Assembly (NCBI RefSeq): GCF_006345805.1
Contig: NC_043009.1
Coordinates: 11,718,001-11,782,000, forward strand
Length of the DNA stretch: 64,000 bases
Reading direction: 5' to 3'
Origin: Octopus sinensis
Taxonomy: Eukaryota
Position numbers and translations under genes: made by a program. Positions 27,801 through 42,197 of this stretch are shown piece by piece (position 1 is the first letter of the stretch; each line of letters opens with the position of its first letter). The notes below the pieces were generated by a model. The model saw only the letters and a list, made by a program, of their open reading frames with translations, was not told the origin of the DNA and did not search any database.

Positions 27801-30673
27801 ATAATCATAGTAATAATAATAATAATAATAATAAAGATTCAGTTACCTTTTTCCCGACTGGACTTATACTGAGCTAAATCTTGTATAAGCTCTTCAGTCA
27901 ATGCCAATGGACAACGAGAAATAATCTCTTTCACAGCATTTAAACTGAAAAAATAAAATGAGAAATATGGATTCCAATATATTTATCAATATGTACTAAT
28001 AATCAAGTGGTTATTTCAATTTCCAATACAGGTGTGTCATGATGTGTGCAACATCTTACTCTATTTGACTTACATTTCTGTTAACTTAAGACACATACCT
28101 TTAACTTTCAGTCACTGGACTGCAAGAATTCTGGGGCAACCCTTTTAAAGATTTAGTTGAATAAATTGACCCCAGTACTTATATCTTGAATTTAGAACTT
28201 GCTCTTTCAGTCTCTTTTGCAGAACCTCTACATTATGGGGATGTAAACAAACACAGGCAGAAATGTGGTGGTATGGCAAGAAGCCTGCTTCCCAGCCACA
28301 TGGTTCTGGGTTCAGTCCCACTGTGTTGCACCTTGGGCAAGTGACTTTCACTATAGCCTCAGGCTGACCAAAGCTTTGTGAGTGGATTTGGTAAACAGAA
28401 ACTGAAAGAAGCCTTTGTATATATAAATGTGCGTGCCTACTAAATTCACTCATAAGGATTTGGTTCACCCAAGCCAACTGGAAGGCTGCCCAAGGTGTTG
28501 TGCAGTGGAACTAAACTCAAAACCTTGTGGTTGCAAAGCAAATTTCTTAACCACACAGCTATGACTGTACCTCTACGTATTACGGTTGGGAAGTTATTCA
28601 CCTGTATGTCCTCTTGAAATAAAGTTTACAAACTTGTCTTGAGTATTGAAACTCGTCTACTCAATCTAAAAAGAGTATATTAACTGAGAAAGCTATGGTA
28701 TATTAATCCTGGATGCACAGCACAACCTCTCATCATCATCATCGTTTAACGTCCGCTTTCCATGCTGGCATGGGTTGGACGGTTTGACTGAGGACTGGCA
28801 AGCCAGATGGCTGCACCAGGCTCCAACCTGATCTGGCAGAGTTTCTACAAGTGGATGCCCTTCCTAACACCAACCACTCCGAAAGTGTATGGGTTCTTTT
28901 GCGTGCCAGTCAGGCAGTACTGGCGATGGCCATGCTCAAGTGGTATTTTTTAAGTGCCACCTTCACAGGAGCCAGTCCGGCAGCACTTGGCAACGACCTC
29001 GCTTAAATTTTATTTCTCATGTGCCAGTAAGGCAACGCTGGTAACAACTGAAAATCTGAAGTAGAAACAGTACTGTATTTTTTTTTTAAATTATTTTTAT
29101 AATTTGTATATATTTATTTTATTATAAATGCAAAACAACACCACAGAGGAATCGACGTAAGCTTAAATAATAAACTGCGATAGGTGAACCGCGATATGGT
29201 AAGGGATAATTTACTTTGGTGACCCTGAAAGGTGACCACAACAGGATTTGATCTCAGAGCATAAGGAGTAGGAATTTTTACTTGATCCTAGTTGATGATA
29301 TTGGTTCCACTAACTTAATTGAGACCTTTTCAGGTTATGTAAAGCACTTAAATTAAGTTAGTGGAACCAATAACATCAACTAGGATCAAGTAAAAATTCC
29401 TACTCCTTATGCTCTGAGTTCAAATCCTGCCGTGGTCACCTTTCAGGGTCACCAAATGGGCTGTTGCAACAGCCCATGAATCAGTAAATTCAACAACATA
29501 ACAAGTCATTTACTCCATAACAGCAATAACAACCACAATCAAGAGCACATTGATTTCAGGTCTACTTTCACATGCAAGTACAGACAAGAAGACAAAGGGC
29601 CGAGATACCTGACACTTTGCTGTACTCAAGAAAACCTGTCCTTCACAGCAGAAGCATTAAGGCCACTCCGCTTAGGGAAAAGGATTGGCCTGCAAGAGTC
29701 CAGTGCTGGCGCCACATAAAAAAGCACTCGTGCCTGTACCACATAAAAGGCACGTATGCTGGTGCCACATAAAAGGCACTCAACATACACTGTGAAGTGG
29801 TTGGCATTAGGAAGGGCATCCAGCTGTAGAAGCTGAGCTAAATCTGACTGAAACCTGGTGCAGCTCTCCAGCTTGCTAGCTCTGGTCAAACTGTTCAATC
29901 CATGCCAGCATGGACAATGGATGTCATAGGATGATGACGATGATGACGATGATTCAGGTTTGATAGGTCAAAGAATGAACGAACCAAAGTCACTTACCCA
30001 ACAGCAATGGCATCGGCAGAATTTCGTTCTGTTATGAAGTTGTAGGCAATAGTTTTAACGATATTCTCTATAACCTTCAAATATATTAGGATGAAAACAA
30101 ATGGAAACAAGAAATAAGATAACTAAGTCAAAGTTAAGTAAATTACAAACAAAAAAAACTCCAAACATTTTTACTATAGTTTTACACATTAAATGGTGCT
30201 TGAGTTACATCCATTCATTCACCATCATCATCACCTTTTAATGTCTGTTCTCCATAGTGGCTTGGGTTGGACAGTCTGACTAGAGCTGGCAAGCAGAGGA
30301 GCCTTAATCTGATTTGGCTAGGATTCTACAGCTCAATGCCCTTCCTAACACGAATTACTATACAGTGAGTGCTTTTAACATGGCATCGGTACAGTATTGT
30401 ATCATTTTAGATACAATATCATCATTTATCGTTCACTTTTCCCTCCTTGCCTGGGTCAGACGAAATTTGCTGAGGTAGATTTTCTACTGCCAAATGCCGT
30501 TCTTTTTGCCTACTGTTATCTATTTCTGAGCAAGGTAATATTTTCTCAAACCAGACATATTATGGAAGACTGAAAATGATTAACATTGCTTGTATGATGG
30601 TGATGTTCATTTGATGAGGTACACACAAATACATATACATACTCAAGTATATATGTGTGTGTGTGCATGTGAA

Positions 30674-30714
<41 letters not shown>

Positions 30715-33700
30715 TTAGAGATAAAATCACTATTATGCAACTCAAAAACATAAACCGATCGTGGCTGTTGCCAGCCTTGCCTGGCACGTAAAAAGCACCC
30801 ACTACACTCACAGAGTGGTTGGCGTTAGGAAAAGCAAGCAGCTGTAGAAACACTGCCAGATCAGACAGGGTCTGGTGCAGCCTCCTGGCTTCCCAGACCC
30901 CAGTTGAACCGTCCAACCCATGCCAGCATGGAAAGCAGACGGTAAACGATGATGATGATGATGATGTGTCGGCCCTGCATCGTCATCAACTCATCATCGC
31001 CAAAATTTAACATCCATTTCCCATACTGAAATAATGATGAGTTACTTTTCCAATGATTTCATTACCCATAACCAATGGTGTATTATACTTGAATAAAAAT
31101 AGAAAAATAGAAACAAGAAGACTGATATCAGTATGAGTATAAACAATAAATACTTACATCAGGAGGGACAAGATCATGGCTAGCCTGGGCAGCAAATAAC
31201 AGAATCTTAGTCACATCTATCAAAACAAATACACAGAAACAAAATTATATTTTTACTGTATTTCTTAGACATTCTGACACATGTTTCTTGATAACAAATA
31301 ACATTGTTTTTGCCTTCAGCTATATGTTAGAGTTACTATATTCCAGACATGTATTCCTCAATCAGTGAGAGTGAGTGTGTATGATTGTTATATTAAGATG
31401 CATCTAAAAGAAATCGCATCTATGTGTGTATGGGCATCATCATCATCATCACATAACGTCCACCTTTCATGCTGGTATGGGTCGGACGGTTTGACAGGAG
31501 TTGGCCAGGCAAGAGCCTGCACCAGGCTTCTGTGTTTGTTTTGGCATGGTTTTTACAGCTGGGTGCCCTTCCAAATGCCAACCACTTTACAGTGTGTACT
31601 GGGTGCTTTTTAAGTGGCACCTGCACTGACAGGGTCACCATGTAACATTGCAAGACAAGGAATCTAGATGTATATATAAGTATATCATAATCATCATCAT
31701 CGTTTAACGTACGCTTTCCATGCTAGCGTCGGTTGGATGATTTGGCCGAGGGATGGCGAACCAGATGGCCGCACCAGGCTCCAATCTGATCTGGCAAGAG
31801 TTTCTACAGCTGGATGCCCTTCCTAACGCCAACCGCTCCGAGAATATAATGGTTGCTTTTACGTGCCACTGACATGAGGGCCAGTCAGGCAGTACTGGCA
31901 ACAGTCACACTCAAATAGTGTTTTTTACGTGCCACCTGCATAGGAGCTAGTCCAGCGGCACTGGCAACGACCTTGCTTGAATGTTTTTCCATGTGCCAGT
32001 AAGGCATCAAATCTGGAACTATGTGATTTTGGGTTCAATCCCATAGCACAGTTCGTGCAACAATTTAGAGGCTGCCACATTTATTAGCTGCTTATTTCCC
32101 CAGTGCAAAAATAATAAAAATTTATCTTTACTGTTTTACATCCACATTTCCATGGATGAGGTTTTCTTTTGACCAAAACTGTTTTTAACCACTCAGACAC
32201 TGAAGAAAGTAGTGTTTAGGATCAGAAAATGTAGTCACTATGTTCAGTGGCCTAACCTCATCACAACTGAACATCTTATAATCCTTTGCACTATAAGCAC
32301 AGGACCTGAAATTTTAAGGGAATAGGGGAGCTAGTTGATTTCATCAACCCTAGTACTTGATTGAAACTGATTCTATCAATCCCCAAAAGAAGAAAGGCAA
32401 ATTTGACCTTAGTGGAATTTGAACTCAGACTGCAAAGCCAAAAGAAATAGGGTTAAGCACTTTGTCTAGAGCAGTAATGGATTCTATTAACTCAATCATA
32501 TAATCATTTCTACTATAGGTGCAAGGCCTAAAATTTTGAGTCTGTGGGGGTGGGTTGGCTCGTCGATTACATCAACCCCTAGTGCCTGACTGGTATTTAA
32601 CTCATTGACCCCGAAAAGACAAAAGGCACAATCAACCTTAGGGGACTTTGAACTCAGAGTGCAAAGCTGAAGGAAATGGTGCTAAGCATTTTATCCAGAG
32701 CAGTCACAATTCTACCAGCTCTATCAAAGAATGGAAACTAGATTAAAAAAACAACACTTAAATACAATTATATAAAAAAAAACTTAGAAAATAAAAAGCA
32801 TAGACTTACCTTTTTGTCGGGGCTGCAAGTATTTTTGAATAAAAGGATAAAAATTCAGCAGAAAAAGCTGATGGACTCCAATTAGTCTAGAGATCAGATC
32901 CATCATGAGGATCTTAACATCATAATACTCACTACTAGATTGTAGCTGTTTGAACAAACGATCGGCAAATTCTGCAACAAAATAAAAAAGTGATTATTTC
33001 TATCTCAGAGAGCAGCGGTTCTCAACCATTTTTTTGACTAAGGACCCCTCTGATTTCTATTTTAGTCTACTGGACTTCCATACCCATTCAATGTCTATAT
33101 AAAAGAAGTCCTACTCTATTTTCATCACCATCATTTAACGTCCGTTTTCCATGTTACCATGGGTTGGACAGTTTGACCAGGGTCTGGAAAGCTAGGAGGC
33201 TGCGCCAGGCTCCAGTCTGACCTGGCAGTGTTTCTACAGCTGGATGCCTTGACTGGCTTCTGTGCCGGTGGCTTGTAAAAAGCACCAACCAATCGTGGCC
33301 GCTGCCAGCCTCCCCTGGCACGTAAAAAGCACCCACTACACTCACAGAGTGGTTGGCATTAGGAAGGGCATCCAGCTGTAGAAACACTGCCAGATCAGAC
33401 TGGAGCCTGGTGCAGCCTCCTGGCTTCCCAGATCCCTGGTCGAACCGTCCAACCCATGCTAGCATGGAGAACGGACGTTAAACGATGATGATGATGATGA
33501 TGTGCATGTACACAAATATAAGGTTAACTAAAGATAACTGGGAATAAACCAGTTAGAATAGAATATCCAAATGTTCTTTGGAAGAATGTAAGCATGTGAC
33601 CATGAGAAAATATTAGCTTGGAAACAGGTTGGGGCTGGTGGCAGGAAAGACATCTGGCAGTAGAAAATCTACCTTCACAAAGTCTGTCAGACTCATGCTA

Positions 33701-36700
33701 CATGGGAAAGTGGACATTAAAACGATGATGATAATGATGAAATGGAATAATTCGAGTGTTGCCTGCGTGCCAGAAGAACTTCTTCCAAATATAGAACCTG
33801 CTTACCTTGTGGATCATGAAGCAGATGAAGGGTTGAGAAGTTGACACAGGCAGGTCTCTTCTTCTTCTTGTGTTTCTGAAAAACAAGAATAACACTGAAA
33901 CATTACTGGGTGCAGGCAGGGTTAAAAAAATGCTTGCTTCTGATCTTGAGTTTAGTCCCACTCCACAGCACCTTGGACGAGTGGGATTTGGTAGATGGAA
34001 ACTGAAAAATTGCCCAACAAGTGCATGTGTGTGTATTTTTTCTTTTTTTTTGTCTTGACATTATGTGAAAATTGTAAACGAGAGTGGCTATCATACAAGC
34101 AGAGTCCCTGATTTCCAATATTCTGTGAAAACAAGCCTGGTCTTGGGAAAATACTACCTTGCTTGGAAACAGATAAAGGCTGGCAACAGGATGGGTACTC
34201 TGCCATAGAAAATCTGCCTCAGTAAATTTCCTCTGACTCATGCAAGAAGCATCCATAAGAGGATGTCAAGAGAAACATCTGTAATTTAAAGGTCTGACAC
34301 AGCTTTGTGCAAAAATTAGCAGATAAGCCTTCCTCAAACTATACCCTACTACGACTAAAAAGGGAGGAATACATTAGATAATAAAGTACTTGATATGTTG
34401 TTGAGATCCCTTTCAGTCATGACTGACCATGGGATTGCACCTAGAAGTTACCCTCCCAGGCATAAAGTCCAGGCAAGGTTGTTTATGGAAGACCAGCAGT
34501 TGCCCATGCATACCGGCCTCCCCTCTCCACGCCACCAGTGTTATCCAAGGGAAAGGCAAAGGGGCCGATGAGCAAAGTGAAATAAAGTGTCTTGCTCAAG
34601 AACACAACTCGCAGCCCGGTCCGGGATTCGAGCTCACAACCTCACGATGGTAAGCTCGACGCTCTAACCACTGAGCCATGCAACACTACTTGATATGTAG
34701 TACTTAAAAATAAGGATAGGATGGCCATCGCTGGAATGCTTTAAATCATAGGTCTGCTCAGTCAGGATTGGTTTCAGGTTAAACAAAAGACAAGTACATT
34801 TAGTAGAATAACTTAGTTATCATTCAGCTAGTGTTAGGAACATAAATTGTGATTAAGGTTTGGTGGGAGATTTTAATTCAAAACTCATGAAAACAAGACA
34901 TTTTTACTCAGAGCCAGAACCGGTTTCAGCCGGGTTGGTAACAAAAGGGCTAAACACTAAAGGGTTAAGCCAGGCCAAATACTCTACTACTTAAAGTTCA
35001 AACCAATCATATATGAGCTCCACATCAACCCTACAATGACATTCTAAAAGAACAAAAAAAATAATAATTAAACACATAGGAATCTCAAGACTTCAAGATA
35101 ATGGAAAATTATTAATTTGAAGCGATGTGAATAAATAGGCATCACATTTGACAGAAGAATTTTAACACTAAAGGATTAAGAGATGAGCCTTAAAATTTTT
35201 CTTCGTAGATATTCATCCATTGGATCTATACTTTTGACCGCTGATAGTTGTTGTTGACAAACAACGGCAGTAATATTTCGTTTTTGGATTTAGTTTGCAA
35301 GATTCTTTATATGAGTTCATGTGTTGAAGCATATTCTGTTGTATCTGGAGAGAGTCATTTTCTTTTTGTGCCTTATAATGTAACACGCTCACCGGTAAAA
35401 TATCCACTTTTTTCTTATTTTTATTGTCATAAAATTTTCGTTGCGTCTTGCAACCTTTTCAATAACTATTATTGAGTGTGTTATATTATAAGGCACAAAA
35501 AGAAAATGACTCTCCCCAGACACAACGGCAGTAATTTTATTCAGCTGAATACATGTCATTGATTGGTTGAAATTACCGAAATACGACAACTTTAACAACA
35601 AATAGCTTCAAACATACAGAATTTTCTCAACAACGCTAAGAGTAAAAGATGTTTTGCGTCACACATTCTACAAGTATACAAAGTTTGAAAGTGCTTAGTT
35701 ACAAAAAAGTATTTTTTAAATCTGTCGGTCAAAAGGTAAAGATCCCATCTATTTTATTTTACAGATGCCTTTCCTTTGAAAATGTGTTGTAAAAATAAGC
35801 TTTATGCTGAAATTTTTACCTTCAAAACATCAAGAGCCCTATTCAACCGCTTCCGACGCTTCTTCGTTTTTTTACTGACTCTGTTTCCCAAAAGTAGATC
35901 AGCTGTGCTCTTTTTGCTCATCACGTTCTAGAAAGAGAGAGAAAAAGAAATAACAATGGATAACAGCAAGTTGTTACTGCAGCAAGTAACAACACATACG
36001 AAACAATTTAAATATACATAGAGCATTCACACGTCAGGCCTATTTTGCTGCCATGCACAATAATAATAATAATTAATTCGTTTATTGGCCACAAGGGCTA
36101 ACAAAAATCAAATAAAACATGTAAGGATAAAATACAGGCCGAAAATTACAAAAAGGGTTTTGTCCGTTTGAAAAGTCCGTGTAAAAATGCAAGGTAACAA
36201 CGAAAATATAACAAGTAAAAACTCCCAATAGGGGGTGGCGCTTTGAAAGGTTACTAGTGGAAAAACCCATAAAAGCCACAGGAGCCTAGTCAAAAAAGGG
36301 GGTTGAGAGCCCCTTTCTCCTTTTATATTACCTTTTTTTTTTACAGGTGTATCCTCAGAATTGGTCCGTTCATACTGGCCATTCTTCCGATATTCACCCA
36401 CCTTTCAATAAATTTGCCACGAGACAGCACTTCCCTCTCTACTCTCATCTTCCTTTTCAAGTGGAACTTGAAAAAGTTGATGAGGCCTTGGCCAAAAAGG
36501 AAAGTGTCTGACTTTAGCCCTTTCAAATGGGTCCACCATACCACCTCTTTCACTGCAGCCACTAGACAAAGAATAATGCATTCCAAAAAGAAATAATGCT
36601 GACACCTAGTAAGATTTGATAAGGCGGTGAGCTGGCAGAAATGTTAGCACGCCAGGCGAAATGCTTAGCGGTATTTCATCTGCCGTTATGTTCGGAGTTC

Positions 36701-38520
36701 AAATTCCTCCGAGGTCGACTTTGCCTTTCATCCTTTCGGGGTCGATAAATTAAGTACCAGTTACGCACTGGGGTCGATGTAATCGACTTAATCCGTATAT
36801 CGGTCCTTGTTTGTCTTCTCTGTGCTTAGCCCCTTGTGGTAGTAAAGAAATTGGTATTTCGTCTGCCGCTACGTTCTGAGTTCAAATTCCGCCGAGGTCA
36901 ACTTTGCCTTTCATCCTTTCGGGGTCGATAAATTAAGTACCAGTTACGCACTTGGATTGATGTAATCGACTTAATCCGTTTGTCCCTTCTGTGTTTAGCC
37001 CCTTGTAAGTAGTAAAGAAATAGGTATTTTGTCTGCCGCTACATCCTGAGTTAAAATTCCACCGAGGTCAACTTTGCCTTTCACCCTTTCGGGGTCGATT
37101 AAATAAGTACCAGTTACGCACTGGGGTCGATGTAGAAGCTTGTTTTGTGTGTGTGTGTGTAGAATTCCCAGAGATCAGGGGAGGCCTTTAAGAGAGACAA
37201 TGCATTATTAATCCTTAAAAACATCTCAAATAGGAGACTAGAACTACTAAAGAAAAAACTATACAAGTTCTTTAAACATTTTAGTCTAACCATCACAATA
37301 GAAAAAGAGCTAATTCTATTAACTACTTAGACACCAACTGTAATCTAACCACGGGACCACAAGAACCATCCATACATTAAACTGAATACAAACCTTAAAT
37401 ATATAAATGCACTTAGCAACCACCCAAACTTTATAAAGAGAGCACTTGTACAAGACATCGACAAAAGAATCTCATATCTCTCGTCCAACAAAGATACCTT
37501 TAATAAGTATAAGGAATTCTACAACAGGGCATTAGAAAAAGCAGGTTATAAGCAAAAAAATGAAGTACCTTTACGCAGAACCCTATAAAAATAACCTGAA
37601 TAACATAAATATTCAAAATTATAATAATAGGAATAATAGCCAAAATGTCTATTATAATAATCACAAAAAACAATAAGAATAACAATAATAGTAATAGTAG
37701 TAGTAATAACAAAATTAGTAGGAAGAATGATAAGATTCATAATAATATTAATAACAACATTAAATATGATAACATTAAAAATACTAATAATGGGAATGAT
37801 AACAATATCAAGAAAAATAATAACAATAAAAATAAAAATAGCACAACTCAAAGAACCAATAAAGTCCCTGTCAGAAATGATACGAAGGTAAATAAAATAA
37901 ATAAATCATACAGGAACAACTCCACCAATGCTGATAGTAATAGTAATAAAAATAACAATAGAAAGAATAATAATTATAACCATAAATTTACGATCTACAA
38001 TGATAATGAGGGCAGGTTCTACACCAAAAACGAAAATATCAAAAATAACAAACGGAATAAAGATAACATCTGGCTAATAATCTCCTTTGTGTTGCAACTA
38101 AAAACCAATACAGTTAAACCTATAATAAGACTTATAAATAAGCACTTCAATATGAATACGAAATACTCAGAAATCTTTAGCAATAAAATTAGAGTAGGCC
38201 ATAGCCTAACTAGCAACGAAGCTACTATTATAGCGTCTATCAAGAATAAAAACTAGACTCCTTCTATGAAACTAGGAGCAATAAAAATAAAAAGTGCAAC
38301 AACCCCATATTGGCCAAAACTTAATATGGCCCCATATTGGCCATATTCTCATACATTAGGCGTAGGAGTGGCTGAGTGCTAAGTAGCTTGCTTACCAACC
38401 ACATGGTTCCAGGTTCAGTCCCACTGCGTAGCACCTTGGGCAAGTGTCTTCTACTATAGCCTCGGGCCGACCAAAGCCTTGTGAGTGGATTTGGTAGATG
38501 GAAACTGAAAGAAGCCCGTC

Positions 38521-38584
<64 letters not shown>

Positions 38585-41495
38585 ATGTGTGTGTATATGT
38601 TTGTGTGTCTGTGTTTGTCCCCCCCAACATTGCTTGACAACTGATGCTGGTATGTATACGTTCCCGTAACTTAGCGGTTTGGCAAGAGACCGATAGAATA
38701 AGTACTAGGCTTACAAAGAATAAGTTCTGGGGTCGATTTGCTCGACCAAAGGCAGTGCTCCAGCATGGCCGCAGTCAAATGACTGAAACAAGTAAAAGAG
38801 TAACTAATCAATTGATATAATAAGGGATCCCCCAAATAACTCACCCTCTAAAAATTCAGATAACCACCTTATAAATAATAACCCCCACCCCATATTATAG
38901 GCAGGCACAGATAATCTTACTAATCTATATGGCTGCAGATATAAAAATACTTGTGAATTCTTGAATAAGTGTAAAACTAAAAACGTAATCTACCAACGTG
39001 TTGTACTCTCTAATAATTACAAGAAAACTTACAATTGGAGCAACTAAAAATGAAATGAAACTTAGATGTAATTCCCATCACACAAGTTTCAGAAATAAAA
39101 GTAAAGCGAACTCTACCAGACGAAGTAGTTACATCTGGGAACTCAAGGACAATAACATTAATTATAGATTAGAATGGCATATCCTAGCCAAAACATCTTC
39201 ATATAACCTTAATAAAAATCACTGTAACTTATGCATAAATGAGAAATCCTTCATTTTAATGGCCAAATCAGAATTACTTAATAAACGAGACAAGAAAAAT
39301 AATGTTTGCATAAAGATAAATTCTTATTCTCTAAATACTGCTAATAGATTGACACTAGTATATAACTGGTTATTTTTATAACTTAATAGGTGAAGAATGG
39401 CATAAAATGAAATCAATCTTTATAGAGTTTGAACTTAGAATGCAGAAAGATGAAATCATATATTGTATGATATTTAGCCCAGTGCAATATTCTCTCAGTC
39501 ATTTAAAAATGATGTTATTTCCTGATATTAGTTTTATTAAATCCTTTTTATTAAAGCAGGTATAGTCAATAAAACTGCAAACACTAGCTTACTATTATTG
39601 CATCTTTTATGGATACCAGAGAGACCGAAGCAAAAATGACAGGAGCCCAAAACATCCGAAAACTAAATTAGGGATTAAACATCATGAGTTTTACTCTTGT
39701 GGTATACTGAACTTATAACCCTAAATTCAGGACCCCTAATAACTTATATTAGTTGCATATGATACAGTAACTTCTTAAATATGTTGAAAGCTTAAGCTGC
39801 TACTACAACTACTACTGTGGAGGCGCGCAGCTTAGTGGTTAGAGTGTCAGCAACATGATCGTAAGATTGTGGTTTTGATTCCTGGACCGGGCGGCGCGTT
39901 GTGTTCTTGAGCAAAACACTTCATTTCACGTTGCTCCAGTCCACTCAGCTGGCAAAAATGTGTAACGCTGCAATGGACTGGCGTCCAGTCCAGCTGGGGA
40001 ACACATACGCCATGGAAACCAGGAAACCGGACCCATGAGCCTGGCTAGGCTTTAAAAAGGGCACATTTATTTTTTATTTTACAACTACTACTGCTGCTAT
40101 TACTACTACTACTACTACAAGACAACAAGGAAACAGTTATGTAAGAATCTTAGACTCTAAAAACTTTATCATGTAATTATAGATAAGATGAAATGGTTAC
40201 AGCTAGAATAATCTGATCACAGGTAAGTTTGCTCAGAGCAAAACATGACTACCACTACTGCTGCTACCATTATTATTTCTCACCCCTGCCACCACCACCA
40301 CCACCACAACTGCTATAAACAGTAACCTTTTTCTCCCTAGTCTTCGTTACATTTCACAAAGATTACAAGCTTTAATGATAAAAATAAAACAACAAAAGTA
40401 CTGCAGACATATCAATATTATCAATTCTTAAAACAAAAAACAGCCTGATAAAAAACCACTAAAATCTTGCAGTCGAGAGATAACAGTTGCAATTAATTGC
40501 ATTTAAACACCATTTGGATGTTTGCAGAACAGCTTAGTCTTAACATGCTTAAGTCAAAGAACCACACTTGAGACTGTTAGAGTTCAAAGTCTGATACTTT
40601 ACTTTTACCAGTTAGATAACGTCTGTAGTCATTGGCAAGATTGAGATTTTTATAAAGTTTCTGGATTGTGCAAGTCTGAACAGAATTAAAAATTCACTGT
40701 GACGTTTTTAAAAAATATATTTTATCAAGGGTACATCCTGATGTCATACTGAAGTGACATCTATTCTATTATAAAGAAAGCCGTTTATTAATTAGTTAGG
40801 AGCATGTACTTTTTACTTTTAAAAAAAAGCGATTAAGAGTGGCTCTGTGGTAAGTAGCTTGTTTACCAACCACATGGTTCTGGGTTCAGTCCCACTGCGT
40901 GGCACCTTGGGCAAGTGTCTTCTACTATAGCCTCGGGCCGACCAAAGCCTTGTGAGTGGATTTTGGTAGATGGAAACTGAAAGAAGCCCGTCATATATAT
41001 ATATATGTGTGTGTGTGTATGTTCCATGCTGCATCACAGAATTTTGTCAGTGAACAGGTTGCAGTCTCAAAGTGGCGAAAATATTTTGACAAATTAAATC
41101 TAAATGTTGAAGTGAATCTAACGGATTTTTGTATGTTTCTTAAATGGCTTATAAACACCCTCCATGCTGCAATTGTTTCCGTTCCAGCACACGATCTTAG
41201 ATCAAGTCACTTGCTATGCAAGTACATCTCCGTAATATTTTTATTCTAGATTTCAATTATGCTGTTAACCATGCTGGGGCCACATAAAAAGCACCCAGTA
41301 CACTCTGTAAAATGACTGGCAAATAGGAAGGGCATCCAGCCATAGAAATCATGCCAAAACAGGCAACTAGAGCCTGGTTCAGATCTCCGGTTTGGCAGCT
41401 TCATGTCAGCAAGGAAAATGGACATTAAATGATGATGATGATGATTAACTGAAACAGAAAACTAAACTCAAACTAAACTCATTTAACTTAAACAC

Positions 41496-41526
<31 letters not shown>

Positions 41527-42166
41527 CTATATATAAATGGCAGTTTGTCTGTCTGTGTGTCTGTCAGGTTGTACCCTCACACTGACCACGGCTTTCAACC
41601 GATTCTGATGAAACTTGACACACACATAGCCCAATGTCATAATTCAAAACTAACGCAGCGAAAGTTTTGAAAAGTTCCCCAAGTTCTGAAAAAAATCGAT
41701 AAATTCGACATGGGGTCGAGAATCTAAGCTTTTCATATGCAACACATTTTCTGTTGTAGTTTTCGCAACTTGCAATTGATTTTCACCAAACTCATGGCGA
41801 AGCTTAATGTTACCCTAAGAAACTTAATTCTGACATTAGTTTTCCATGCAATACCTTACCATGAGAAAAAAATCGATAAAATCATGCCATTTTGGGAAAT
41901 CGCGTTCAAATTCAAGATGACATATTTTCGACAATATCTTTCACAAATTGGCAGGAATTTTTTTTTTAATTCACAGCGAGCATCATGTCTGCTCCAAGGA
42001 GCTATATGGCCCTTTTTATTCCAATAGGATAATTTATTATTGGAAAAAATCAGTTAATTAAATCATATGTGGCACACATAGCAAACCGATTTGTGTATTA
42101 AACACAAGCCACAGACTGTCTAGGGGACGCCTTCCATACCTGGGCAACGTCGGGCTTTGCTGCTAG

Positions 42167-42197
<31 letters not shown>

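Noticed and set aside
34403-34560. Possible HDV-like ribozyme in the SINE D body (GGGCAA...TTGCCC-GG on -)
   Set aside because: P1 and P1.1-like pieces exist, but L3 is too long and no convincing P2 or J4/2 could be built.
39385-39425. GTGAAGA-ATG...AT-GAAAT just after the Penelope GIY-YIG remnant
   Set aside because: The position fits a PLE hammerhead, but the core and stems are too degenerate to support.
4597-39900. tRNA-like A/B boxes (tggctgtgtggtaag...ggttcagtcc; ggcgagctggcagaa...gagttcaaattcc)
   Set aside because: They are heads of multi-copy SINEs; no complete cloverleaf with a Pol III terminator was found.
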